This document shows, in pieces, positions 1 to 13,367 of a DNA stretch of 64,000 nucleotides (its first letter is position 1; each line of letters starts with the position of its first letter). Position numbers and translations under genes: made by a program. The notes under the pieces were generated by a model that did not search any database, was not told the DNA's origin, and saw only the letters and a program-made list of their open reading frames with translations. The DNA comes from Euprymna scolopes (Eukaryota). Location: NCBI GenBank assembly GCA_053919585.1, contig CM132809.1; one strand, given 5' to 3'.

Positions 1-105
1 TGAAAATTGTTGGAACTATTTTTAGTTTTTTTCTTGACTGATAAAATCAAATATGATTGTAATGGTCTGCAAATCGCAGCAAGATATAACTGTATTTATA
101 TTAAG

Positions 106-109
<4 letters not shown>

Positions 110-164
<55 letters not shown>
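110..164. repeat. (TA)n microsatellite
   Basis: Direct reading; the source of spurious YIYIYI ORFs. Confidence 0.97.
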
Positions 165-168
<4 letters not shown>

Positions 169-604
169 CGCATCTAATATTTGATTTATATAGACAACTA
201 TTACATTGTCGTATACTCTGAACATGGTAATGTTTCACAACGATTGGTTCATAAAAAAACAAAGGCGTTCGTCAAACAACACAAATAAATTTTATCCGCT
301 ATTCATTATAGCTGACCATTAAAGGAAAATGTGTTGTTTTTTTTTCATTCAGAATCAGCTTGGATGAATATAGGATACACTTTATTTCTGTTTCCTGATG
401 AAGAATCTTTTCTTTTTAATAAACCAATTGTTCCGTAATATTACCATGTTCAGTGTAGCAACTAGATTACATTTTTCTGTATAAAAAATATTATACTCTG
501 CTCTTTTTATTGAGCTATCCTTATAATCTCTTTTTAATTCATAGGTTTATCTCGTGAATACATTAACTTAAACTATATATATATATATGCATATATATAT
601 ATGA

Positions 605-635
<31 letters not shown>

Positions 636-1452
636 CAAACTGCAAGTAAAACATTAATTGTATAAACCACATAAACGTAGGTAAACCTGTTTAAATTACA
701 TAAAACATTCAAACTTCGATGTAAAGCGTTCAATTTTATGAGCGATAACAACCTCGATAGAAATATAACAATCCTGCAAAACACGGAATCGTCTCGAGAA
801 ACAATTTAATAATATAAGTAATTGAGGTTCAATATAAATATATACATTTCATATATCTTTACAACAGCGTAACTGATCATATCACCCTGGCATCACCTAC
901 AGAAGGAATAAGGAGAAATGCGAGAAAAAAACATCTGTACAAACATTTCCATAATACAGACACAGACGAGATACATTTTATTTGATAAAGTACCAAGACG
1001 CTTATTCGATATTTTATTTATATACTCCATGAAAAAATTGGAAGAAACGTGTAATTATATACATTTAAAAACATCAGCAGAAATATTTTTATATTATCCG
1101 CTCTTAACGTTTGCCCCAACTGGTATCATTATTTAAATTATGAAAATGTATTTATAATTTGAGAAAAGGAGAATATTAAATTTACTACCTCTAAAACATG
1201 TACTTTTTTTTATAAAACGCGTTGTTTATTTCTTTTATTTTACAATTGATATTTTAGTAATAAAAAATGTTCCTAAATGTTAACTATGCCTCTGCTACTT
1301 TTTTCTATGATAATATAATTTTTGGTTTTATTATTAACAAAGAATATTTAAATATATGTTATTCTTAACGCTTAATTAATAATTAATATGTGTTTTCTGA
1401 TATTGTAATATTATTATTTACATTCATGAACGTGTATGAGTGTATAAAAATC

Positions 1453-1500
<48 letters not shown>

Positions 1501-1659
1501 TTAAGATACATTTTTTTACTTAGTATACACTACTTTTCAAGGGCCCGACGTTCACGTGAATACAATCGTTGAAGGCTGTAGGGTGGTAGTGTATCAATCG
1601 TTAATGGTATTAATTGGGTAGAATTCTATGATTTATGTGGAAAGTTTAACACACATTAT

Positions 1660-2190
1660 CTAACCGCGAAGCAGAACAGGGGAACAGTGTTCCAGAGGCG
1701 GGCTATCCGAGGATGTACGTTAGTTCACTGAAAATATGTTTAGATTTCGGCACAGATAAAGAGTGGGAGAAATCGTCATTAATTGCTCGTCGATTTATTT
1801 GTGAAAGTTTTGCAAACGTTGAAACCATAGATTGGAGTGCAGTCGATCACATGACATAAGCATGGTGATAAAAAACTGACATGTTCGTAAATTTCTTCTG
1901 TGGGATAGAAATCAAATAAAACGAGAGAAATGGCATCACATGTTTGATTTTTAAGCCGGTATTGAATTCTGTCAAAGCTTGATAGAGCAAGCCGAGAAGC
2001 CCATGCCCAGGCGTTGCAACAAACATCAAGTTAACAGCGTAGCTAGCTCTTATACAGAGAGAGGGTTACATTGCCAGTTAGATACATGCTCGAGCAGTAG
2101 AATGATTCAAGCATCAGTCTAGAATTCTTTGGAACGATTTTGATGTATGTGTTTAGATTTAGATCCGGGTTTCATGCCAGTCGAAGACAT
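1660..2190 (+). mobile_element. Highly degraded Gypsy-like pol (RNase H region) remnant
   Basis: Frameshifted fragments GTVFQ, KSGRN..LLVDLFVK, VDHMT*AW, LSRY*ILSKLD and QSRILWNDFD occur in the order expected for Gypsy RNase H (GAVLSQ, ERNY..ELLAVVxFVK, TDHxxLxW, LxRWxxxL). The match is weak. Confidence 0.35.
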
Positions 2191-3380
2191 GGNNNNNNNN
2201 NNNNNNNNNNNNNNNNNNNNNNNNNNNNNNNNNNNNNNNNNNNNNNNNNNNNNNNNNNNNNNNNNNNNNNNNNNNNNNNNNNNNNNNNNNNNNNNNNNNN
2301 NNNNNNNNNNNNNNNNNNNNNNNNNNNNNNNNNNNNNNNNNNNNNNNNNNNNNNNNNNNNNNNNNNNATATATGCATATGCATATACATACAGATTTACA
2401 TATGCCAGGGTCTGTGTAAATGTTTTTCTTAGTAAAGTTGTTCCTATAAGAGGCAAGGTTTTCCTATAATAGTTGAGTTATTCCAAGATAAGAGGAGGTT
2501 TCTTAACATTCCAGTGTCTTTCATGTCATACATAAGTATGGTATTCTTTTTTCTATCTCAGCTCTGTTAAACCCGATATGATTTGTTCTGGAACACATTC
2601 AGTGTTTGCTTTTACATGCAAATGTTCGTATATTACTCTCTAGTCTTCCTAGCGGAGACAGATTGTGCTGCAGAATTTTTATATCAGAGGAGTATTTGTT
2701 TGCAGTGATATACTCTGGTGAATAATAGATTTTCCGCATTTTGAAATTAAATTTTAGAGTAGTGCAAGAGATATTACCCTTTTCATTTTGAAGCATGATA
2801 CACCTCAGACGTGTATTCTAATATTATAACAGATTTTGTGCGGGGTAATATATACATATGTGAGATCCTTTGTTGGATATTTTTTACATTTTCTTCGACA
2901 GAGGTCGCACAGGTTTGTGATAGTGAGCAATGTTAATATGAAAATAAAGCAATCTATTATATATTTCGCATTGTGCCAGTGGCAGTAGGAAAACAAATAT
3001 GTACAATGAGAGTAAACACGTGAACATTTTTTGTAGAGAGGATGTTATATGTAGTTTACAATACATCTCTTCGTAGTTCTTCTTATTAAATAAATTGTTT
3101 TCTAAATATTAGCAACTGTATTAAGCACCAATTATTAACATAATTATGAGATGTTAATTAGTCTTTCTGCAGCGTCTTATTTTGAGTATCTATCACCAAA
3201 TATGTTGGATTGTTCATGAAGACATTAAAATAGTATTTAGTCAAGAAACAGGAAATGCAAATCGGATTTATTTTAAAACATAATTTATTCTTGCATTGTG
3301 TATCCATTTTAGATCAATTAAAAGAAAAACCATTAAATAAAATATTTGGTCAACTCATTTTATATACGCTCGCCCATTAC

Positions 3381-4107
3381 GTGTATATTTCATAATTTTG
3401 AAAAGCATGTATATTTTATAATTGTGAAAAGCATGTATATTTTATAATTGTGAAAATCATGTATATTTCATAATTGTAAAAAACATGTATATCTTATAAT
3501 TGTGAAAAGCATGTATATTTCATAATGGTGAAAAGCATGTATATTTCATAATTGTTAAAAGCATGTATATTGCATAATTGTAAAAACATGTTTATTTTAT
3601 AATTGTGAAAAGCATGTATATTTCATAATTGTGAAAAGCATGTATATCTCATAATTGTTAAAAGCATGTATATCTCATAATTGTGAAAAACATGTATATT
3701 TTATAATTGTGAAAAGCATGTATATTTCATAATCGTGAAAAGCATGTATATTTTATGATTGTGAAAAACATGTATATTTTATAATTGTGAAACGCATGTA
3801 TATTTTATGATTGTGAAAAGCATGTATAATTCATAATTGTGAAAAACATGTATATTTCATAACTGTGAAGAGCATGTATATATCATAATTGTGAAAAGCA
3901 TGTATATTTTATAATTGTGAACAGCCTGTATATTTCATGATTGTGAAAAGCCATGTATATTTTATAATTTTGAAAAGCCATGTGTATTTTATAATTGTGA
4001 ACAAACATGTATATTTTATATTGTGAAAAACATGTATATTTCATAATTGTAAAAAACATGTATATTTTATAATTGTGTAAAGTATGTATATTTTATAATT
4101 GTGAAAT
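3381..4107. repeat. 26-bp minisatellite, ~28 copies, consensus GCATGTATATTTYATAATTGTGAAAA
   Basis: Units start at 3405, 3431 and onward, a period of 26 read directly. Confidence 0.97.
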
Positions 4108-4337
4108 TATTAATTTGTGTTTTTATCATTATTTAAACAACGTTTGTTTAAGTAATGATAACAAAACAAATTAGTAATTAAATATTAATGAATTTAACAA
4201 AAATGAAAATATATAATTGTATATGAATTAAGAATTAGGAGTCGGCACCTCAACAATATATGTGTATATATATTTTTAGAGTCGTCACATGAATAATATA
4301 TATTTATGTAATGCGTCTGTATATATGCACACAACAC

Positions 4338-4339
<2 letters not shown>

Positions 4340-4407
<68 letters not shown>
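4340..4407. repeat. (TA)n microsatellite
   Basis: Direct reading. Confidence 0.97.
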
Positions 4408-4409
<2 letters not shown>

Positions 4410-5460
4410 GTTGTGAACCTAATACCATCACACAAAAACATGAAATGCAAGGTACACTCGCATGCACACCCATACACATACACATACACATACACACATG
4501 AATAAGAACCGACACATTAAAACACACACACGTGCGCGCATACAACCACACGCAGACATAAAACCCCTATCTCTAATACAACACACTGAACAATACCAAC
4601 CGTACTTAACCTCGAAACCAACAACACTAGGAGACACCTAGAACCATAGTATAATATCTGTTCAAACACCTCGCCCGCTCTTCAGTCAGGGGAGGAGAAC
4701 CCCCTCATGACTGAAAGTACTATCTTCCCTTCTATCATCCCCCTCCCATACCTGCACCCCCAATGCCCCCCTCTGGGGAACAAAATCTTCCCCACACTAG
4801 GAACCGTTCCTGGGTCTGGCCATACCCACATGGGGAGACAAATAAATAGAAACATTAAAAATCCCCTATTTTAAATACACCCCTCTTTCTAAACAAACAT
4901 AGTATAAGACTAAAACGAAAAATCACAATACTAAAATCCAAGAATCCAAAAAATACATATCAAAATAGAATGAAAGCACCCCTACCCTTACTTCAGACGA
5001 GGTAGTCCACCCTCCCCACATACACATTAGTAACGACCTCGGACCACACCCTCCTTCCTGTGAAAGCAAGTAACCCCAAAATACTATAAAACAATATCCA
5101 CATTCCCAAACCAATAAAAGCAAACACACACACGCACACACACGCGCACACACACACATAAACACACACACACATACACAGACCCTACCCCACCCTAAAG
5201 GAAAAGAAAATCACATTAGCAGAAAGAAATAGCGACTGACTACAGCCAGGTCAAAATCTCCCTGGACAAACCAAATAAAAAAGCAATAAAAAAGCAATAA
5301 AAATTCAGCATACCAATGTATCATAAACACTTACAAGCCTCCACCCCTTGGAAAAACTTCAAACTAACTTGGAAAATCGTCATTTTTACACATTTGAAAA
5401 TAATTTCTGAAGAGGACGCATCAGACCGTCTGAAACGTACATAAACGATTTCAACGACTT
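4410..5460 (+). mobile_element. Probable Penelope-like element 3'/pLTR region (A/C-rich) ending in a hammerhead-like motif
   Basis: Strongly A/C-skewed segment starting at a (TA)n tract and ending in CTGAAGA-stem-GAAACGTA. No coding motif seen. Confidence 0.4.
5394..5454 (+). ncRNA. Minimal type I hammerhead ribozyme-like motif (PLE type)
   Basis: CTGAAGA (5407-13), stem II GGACG/CGTCT (5414-18/5427-31), GAAA (5432-35), palindromic ACGT stem III with a GTA triplet, distal stem I TTGAAA/TTTCAA. Proximal stem I is imperfect. Confidence 0.55.
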
Positions 5461-6409
5461 AAAAACATTATTACAATGATCCAAACATAATTCTCAATGA
5501 AAAACCAAGACAGGGAATAATAAAAAAATGTTAAAAATACACATTGNNNNNNNNNNNNNNNNNNNNNNNNNNNNNNNNNNNNNNNNNNNNNNNNNNNNNN
5601 NNNNNNNNNNNNNNNNNNNNNNNNNNNNNNNNNNNNNNNNNNNNNNNNNNNNNNNNNNNNNNNNNNNNNNNNNNNNNNNNNNNNNNNNNNNNNAGCAGAA
5701 GAATTGATAATACAAATGTACACCGCTTCTAGTTTTCGTTTTCAGCATGTGTTTCACCTGCGTAATTTATGAAATAATAATCACAGTTTAGTTTTGTAGT
5801 TGCATTGTCTCATATTATATGAATTCTTTATAAACATTTAAATCATATTAAATGTGCTTTAATCAAATCAGACAAATACCATTTTGAATATGACGAAATT
5901 CCTCCAGCCAAATGTATCAGTCGTTGCGATAGGAAAAGTCATAATCAAATTAAAACTTTGACTTTATTTCTGCCTGAAATCTCAAACACTCTCCTTCGTC
6001 ATACATTGTGTGTTTCACTCATGAACAACTAAATATAGCAGCAAGTGAAATCTATACATTTACATAGAATTTCAATAAAATTACACATCTGTATGGAATT
6101 ACAAGTGTAGCTTAATTGAATTTCACAGTATCAACAGACATTTCAACTAAAAATTTTCTGTTTCCTTGTTATAAAACAAAAACAATGAAATTCGCTTACC
6201 GATTGCCAAGCATGGAATGAATAAATTGTTTTATTCTGCTGGAATTGGTAAATACGATTCTATATTTTGTGTTTTTGAGGTTTTTTTTATCGGATAAATG
6301 TGTGCTTTTTGTAAAAGAAACCGGCATAATATTTACTAATAGGCTTGATCCTGCCTACCGGGGGACTCTTACTACACCACTCAACACGTGGTCAATGCCG
6401 ATTGCCCCC

Positions 6410-6411
<2 letters not shown>

Positions 6412-6484
<73 letters not shown>
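6412..6484. repeat. (TA)n microsatellite
   Basis: Direct reading. Confidence 0.97.
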
Positions 6485-6486
<2 letters not shown>

Positions 6487-7680
6487 ATGCCCCTGTAAAT
6501 ATCTCCACAACAACTAAGATTGTTTATGCCATGGTGTTGACGGCGTTACGTATATCTAGACACCGCCAAAAATAGCCGAAAAATCAAGTTGATGTTGTTT
6601 TTTTAAAACGAAATTACATTTATTAACATCCATTATTTCTGAGAAACTTTTTTTCCGGAAAGATAACACCCTGAATTTTATCATATAAGAAAACCGTGTA
6701 ATGTAAAACTTTTTCTACTGTTTTTAATTAAATTTTAAATATAAATTTTTGCCAAAAAGTTAACAATTGGCATTTTTTGTCTTGCACAAAAAAACGTATA
6801 TAAATAGTTAAAAAAAAGGTTTTTGAAATAATTAATTTATTTATTTGTTGTCTAACTAAGATTTTGGGTGATTTTCTATGAGAAGATGCAAAAATATTAT
6901 TATATAAGTACCTGGATTTCAAATAATTCCACATATTCATATAGGCAACCAGTTACTTCGCGTCGATCTAGACAATGTTTACGTTTGTACCTGATAAAAA
7001 GCAAACTATGGAAGATCAAACAGGCCAAAAAAACTTATTTTTAAGTGACGAAAATTTCAATGTATTATTAACGCTGAGGCTACCCATTGAACGATGGGTG
7101 GCCCTTTTATGAGTTTGGTTTTTATGTGTATGTGTGTGGGGGCCAGACTCCCCAAAATGGGGGGGGCGATTTAAAGCAGAATAAAAAAAATTATTTCAGC
7201 GCGTTTGGTCCACCGTAGTCGAAATGCGGCAAACGTTTTCAAACGGGATCGAAAAAATGATGCTATTTTGAACACAAAGGGCACAATATTTATCGATTTC
7301 TTTGTATCGATTTTTCAAAGCATTCCCTGTTTAATAATGGTCATACATTATTCGGCTCGCTAAAAATATTGTTAATTTATTTATCAAAGATTTTAAAATG
7401 GCTTTTTTCTTATAACTATTAATTTTTGTTTTTTGCTTTGCTTAACTTGAATTAATTATTTTACTTTACATATTCCCTGAATTCACACCTCCAAACTCAA
7501 AAACGGGATAATTAAACACAATCGAAGTTCTGATATTCAGACGTCAAAATAAGGTATGGAAACAATGTTTTTTTAATCTATAATTCTGTACCTTACAACA
7601 ACACAATATGTTTTGTTCAGTTTCAGATGATTATTTTAAGCATATTTGGAACCCTCTTAAAACAAGGGATGTGTAAGCAA

Positions 7681-7686
7681 TATATT

Positions 7687-7764
<78 letters not shown>
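7681..7764. repeat. (TA)n microsatellite
   Basis: Direct reading. Confidence 0.97.
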
Positions 7765-7767
<3 letters not shown>

Positions 7768-8577
7768 TGTTATAAAGTTCATTCTTCTCTTAATAATCGC
7801 TGAAAATTTCGTACTGCTTGGATAATTACCTAATTTTTTGTAGATTTTTTTAAAAGTACTTACCTAACTCCCAAGTTTTGGCGTTACCTACGTATAACCA
7901 ATATTTTTTGTATTACTGCTTATCTGTTGATAATAATAGCTTTCTAAACGCATAGAGTAGACGGTAGTTTTTTTTGTACATCAAAATTTTCCCTACTTTT
8001 CGATGCATGTCTTAACGCATACTGGGGGTGCAAATGAACTTTCTAGGACTCGGCGAATCCCTCTTTCTATATNNNNNNNNNNNNNNNNNNNNNNNNNNNN
8101 NNNNNNNNNNNNNNNNNNNNNNNNNNNNNNNNNNNNNNNNNNNNNNNNNNNNNNNNNNNNNNNNNNNNNNNNNNNNNNNNNNNNNNNNNNNNNNNNNNNN
8201 NNNNNNNNNNNNNNNNNNNNNNNNNNNNNNNNNTTCCCCGAAGGTATCTTTCATTTTACATATGTTTCATATAAATTCTGGCATTCTGCAGATGTTCAAC
8301 TTAAATGGAGACGCCTTGCTAGTATTTTAGCTTTTTATTAAAAGTGCCAAAATATTTATCTTAGCTCACAGAAATCCCTGGGGCGACCCGGTCGTAAAAT
8401 ACGTTTTTATATGAGCTTTTAATTCATACATATTTAGTGCATACTATTGCTTACTTTTTTCTTTCGATTTTTATTCATTATAAAGTTGATATTAAAAAGG
8501 TAAAGAACTATATCCATATGACTTTGATGAATCAAAATAGAACCCAAAATTATGAGAACACATACACACACACACAC

Positions 8578-8622
<45 letters not shown>

Positions 8623-10239
8623 TATATAACTAGAGATGTTAAATCTATAATAGCAACCAAGACATACGTAGATTTGATAGTAAATCAGTTAGAAAAAATA
8701 GATGACTTATGTTCTGGCATCTATAATCAAACCCGAAACCAAAACTATTTAAGGCTTATTAGTAGCATTTTGTGAAAAACAAAGTAAAGTCACAATTTTA
8801 CGACAATTAATACGGTAGTAAATTTGTAATTGTGAAGTATGGGGGTAATGGGAATTTAGAATACATTTTGAAAAGAGCAATTCTGCATTTTAATTTAAGC
8901 GTAAGTGTTGTTTCTTGTGTTCTTCAGATTATATTACAGTAAAATTAATTCTATATGAAGATAATATGATCCAAAAATTAAAATAAAACGAAATAAATTA
9001 TAACTGATTATGAATATAAAAGATATAGATAATTACAAAGAAATGAAATGAGGTGTAAGCTTTAAATTTGGAAATATTTCTTCCGACTGACAAATAGCAT
9101 TAAAAAATGTCTAACTCATTTGTTTTGCTAAATATATTTCTTAGGCCTACACACAATATATAATCAACGTTTCCCTTTTTTCCTCAATCCTTAGTGACAC
9201 AGAATGCATTATATAAAGTATCATCGCATATATTACCGACCAAAAAAAATAAAGACAATTAAAAAAAAATGTTTCTTCTGAAGCATTTCCAAAAATGTCT
9301 ACTAACATCTAACACTTACTTGCTATGAGTTTAATACTTGTCCACATAGAAAACAGTTATAAAGCATTTTGAGTTGTATTGTAAAATTTGTGTTTCTCAT
9401 ATATAGGAGGATAATGTTGAATATGTATTAAGATTGAATACTGGCTTAATAAATAGTTGCAGCCCACACTTGAAAAAAAACATGATTCAAACGTATTAAC
9501 CAATGTATTTGCTTCTTTTTTAAAAACCAAAAACATCTCTCAATTACAAGGAAATCGCTGAGCTAGGTTCTCAAGAGTATAACAGCATATGCTGGGGTTT
9601 ATAAATAAACGTTCTCCATAACAGAAAATCGAACGCTAACGTATACAAATGATGTAATACCCCAGTTATATTTAGCCAGATAATTAGATTTATGGAAAAG
9701 ATGTCATTAACAAACATAATGTGAACTATGTTAACTAATCTTAAGAATATGTGCTTTCGATAATTGCATATTTCTCGCACAGATATTGTTCATTGGAGAC
9801 GGTAATGAAATTTGCGAATCTCCAGCGAAATCACGTTGTGCTGACATATGAACTAATGTAAAGTAACTAATGTAATGTAAACTAATGTAAAGTCGGTTTG
9901 ACATAGAAATTAATCCTATATAAAGAAATTAGGGTTGTAACTGTCAAATTGTGCACAATAATCCGCGAATCTTCTTAATAAAAATATTAAAGTCGTTTTT
10001 TTTTTAATTTTAATTGCGAATGATCTTAATTTTTTACTATGTTTTAAAGAAAGTATGGGAAATAACAACTTTTTGAAATAAACATAAATAGACTATTCGA
10101 TGTTAAAGATATTTTCTACGGTAAATTCTAATATTCACAGGTTCTCAGTCCATTTATCTACGTACATTTTTGTTCAGGGTTTACAATGTAAAATACCCGA
10201 GGAAACACGTTTTTGTTAAAGGCGATGTTGATAATTTTA

Positions 10240-10242
<3 letters not shown>

Positions 10243-10313
<71 letters not shown>
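10243..10313. repeat. (TA)n microsatellite
   Basis: Direct reading. Confidence 0.97.
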
Positions 10314-10316
<3 letters not shown>

Positions 10317-11639
10317 TGGAAAATCTACTTTTAATTAAGTTGCATTTGTGTATATTTTTGAGTAAAACCAATATATGCATTATATATTCATATTTCACAG
10401 CTGTGGGATATAAACCAATTCTGTAATATTTGTGTAGTGAAAAGTTAAATAGATAAATATTTATATTTTCATCAACTTATTCTATTAAATTTATTAAAAA
10501 AAATTATTTTTTATGCAGTAACAGTAAAATATCCAAACAAATTTGCCAGTAGCAATTCTAATTTTAATCACTTTTGTGATAATTAATGGACGCTTTTTTT
10601 TTTTTTAGAATATTTGGTAAACTTTACTAAACCACTCAATCTATTACTAATGACATCAAAAATGTACTCGATAGACGAAAATAGAATAATAACATAAAAA
10701 GGAATAATTTCTTGGTAACGGAGTATTGATTACATGAATATCTAAACAAACTGAAAGTGCAATTTCATCGGAACATTAATCTAACTTGGTATTAGGTAAT
10801 TCCTAAAATGACAAAATTCTTAATTTTGTTCATTCCCCTCAACAAAAAAGTGTATTGCATAAACAAGCTCATAAGAATTATAGTAGCTGTGACTTCACAT
10901 AGGAAAAAGGACGGGATATATGATAACCGCCACGTCAATACACGTAAGTAAACCGAAACAATACAGGTAAGTCAACCGAACGCTTCGGTCTACAAGATGG
11001 AAAATAATACCGTCGGTACGACTCGACAAACTATAAAAGACTGCTTTTGATACGACGCGATACGATTCCTAACAATTCCGTCCCCACGATATGGCATGAC
11101 GCGACCAATTCTGTCGACACGACCCGGAATGACATGGTGCCAGTCGAAATGACACGGTGCCAGAGCAAATTCGCTGAAAGATTCTGGGGTCGCATTTTTA
11201 TAGCCTGTGATGTTTATGTATACCGCCTGAATATCAGTGGTTATATCAGGATGTTTATCGATTATCGAGAGAAAGACACACAAACACGTGTGTACAGCTT
11301 TGGTAAATTTCCCGAAAGCACCGGATGATCCAGGGTCGTAAATCCTGTAACATTCGGATTACAACCCTTTTATTCAGATAAGGACATTACATTGCTATTT
11401 TTCAAAAATTTTGTTACTAATTATTGATGAAATATCAGGAGAGTTCGTTCAGAGTGAGGTGGTTGGATTATCTGCAAGGATGGGCCCAACTTTCTACAGA
11501 AGGAGGCGGCTGTTAACCTTAGTGAAAAAACGATGACAATTATAAATAATTATTAGGGCTTTCTTTGTTTTTTCTTTAATTTTTTTGTAAACTAATTTTA
11601 TTTTTTTGGGGGGGGGGAGATTAGTAATCAAATCTTTTG

Positions 11640-12545
11640 TGTGGCCGTCTTGTCCGGACTGAACGCCTGAAGTTTGCCAAGTGTTGTGGCCGGTTTTCTT
11701 CAGGAGCTGGTGGCGTTGTTGCCTCTGTATGGAGTTCATCTTATGATGAGTAATCGAGTGGGTAATGTTTGGATTTTGTTAGTCGTTTAGGGATCTTTTT
11801 GACGAAGCTGGAGTTTCTTGTAATTTGGTTGCCCTTGTGTGTGGCAGTAATCATGGATCTCTTTTTCATTGTTACAGTTAATGGGTAAGGTTGGTAGAGT
11901 GTGAAGGCTTTTGAGGTCTGGTCAATTTTCACAATGACTGTATCACCCACGCTGAGGTCACTGGGTTTCACATATGCTTTCTTGTCAGCGTATCGCGTTA
12001 TCGTTTTCTTGGCTTGAATATCACGCTTTCTAATACTGAGATCTCCAGCTATAGGTGTGACTAGGTGTGGCGGGCGGTTTTGTATTGCCTGGTCAAATAA
12101 GATTGAAGCTGGGGCTACTGCAGTGGTGCAGTGAGGTGTTGTTTAACCTTTGACTAGAGCAGCTTTGATAGTCTTTTTTTTACAGTGCGCATAAATCGTT
12201 CTGTTTCAGCATTGGCGTTATTTTTCGGTGTTTAAAACCAGTTATGAAGGCATATGCTATGAAATCAAAGCTGTTCAATGGTGGACAATTGTCTGTCTTG
12301 AGGGATGCACGTATTCCGAATTCGACGAATATCTTGTCCAACTGTGGTATGACTGATGCTAATGAGATGGGGTCCAGAATTTCAACCACAACTTGAGTAT
12401 TCATCTGTAATAACAAGCAGATATTTTCCATTCTGGAGATGGCCTAAATCAGCGCTAACTTCTGTCGATAGAGCTGTTGGTAACGGGGACATTTGTAGCG
12501 GTTCTCTTGTGGGTTTGGTAATTCTGATCTGGCAGCTGTGGCAGA
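11640..12545 (-). mobile_element. Ty3/Gypsy (K02A2.6-like) integrase remnant, pseudogenised
   Basis: Minus-strand translation gives CHSCQ..REPLQMSPLP..EVSADLGHLQNGKYLLVITDEYS, VIPQLDKIFVEFG..LKTDNCPPLNS..GFKHRKITP, TPHCTTAVAPA and KPSDLSVGDTVIVK..ITRNSSFVKK. This is the Zn-finger end, rve core and C-terminal GPY/F region. Confidence 0.9.
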
Positions 12546-12582
12546 TCATGATGTTTTCTTATATTAAGGGTGTACTCCTCCT

Positions 12583-13367
12583 TGTGAAGAAGGTAGTTAG
12601 AACCCCTTTTTCTCTGGAAATCCCGGCTCGTGTCGTCTAATTTTCTCTGAGGGTTGTTACATTGAAATCCTGTATGCTGAAAGCGAATATCAAAGTCTCA
12701 GGCAGGAAGAAAGGCAAACTCATGTACTGTAGTCTACAGAGTTAATTTTCACGAACTTATGTACAAATTGTTTTACAAATATCATTCAGTTCTTAGTAAG
12801 TTTTCAAAGTTCCAAATCTCTTCACAGTCATTGACAGACGGGTGGAATAGGAGGTAAAGGGGGCACGTCTCTATACAGTCTGTTCTTCTCCTCTGGTCTC
12901 CGTTACAATCTGATTTCTTCTGACTAATTTTCGCACGACAGTCGTATATAGTAAGGTATGTTGATGGGGTGGAAATTTCCTTAGACGATAAGATTTCGCC
13001 ACGAAATCGAAAAGCTGCAGGTTTTGCGTGTATGCCGTTCACAAACCTGGGATTTGAATTACTAATTCTCAAGACTCGCTAAGGTCAGGATTCAAGTTCC
13101 TGTCATCAACATTTAGCTGCAAAAATATATTTCTCTGGTTTCAAACAGCATCTATTTTGACATGAAATAAAATATATATTTATGTTCTCCTTTTAAATTC
13201 TCGTGGTTATCTGGCCCCACCCGGGAATGATTAGTAATCACCGCGTAGTTATAAAACTCCCCATTGGGAGATTACGTCACATTCGCACCCTCAAACTATA
13301 TTTCTTCGTATAACCAATAGGGTCTCTTCCCTTAACACACCACACCACGCCGTCATATTGTTTCACA
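12583..13367 (-). mobile_element. 3' LTR (~785 bp) of a minus-strand env-bearing retroelement
   Basis: Terminal inverted repeat TGTGAA...TTCACA. On the minus strand it is immediately preceded by a polypurine tract (GAGGATGGAGAGGGGGGG, 13370-13387). Confidence 0.6.

Noticed and set aside
3381-4107. CRISPR-like array
   Set aside because: Units are contiguous with no unique spacers, the context is eukaryotic and there are no cas genes.
4650-4690. Minus-strand hammerhead (CTGAAGA..GAAC)
   Set aside because: Stem II is mostly G-U and the GAAA box is absent.
6485-7680. MITE between two (TA)n tracts
   Set aside because: No convincing terminal inverted repeats could be aligned.
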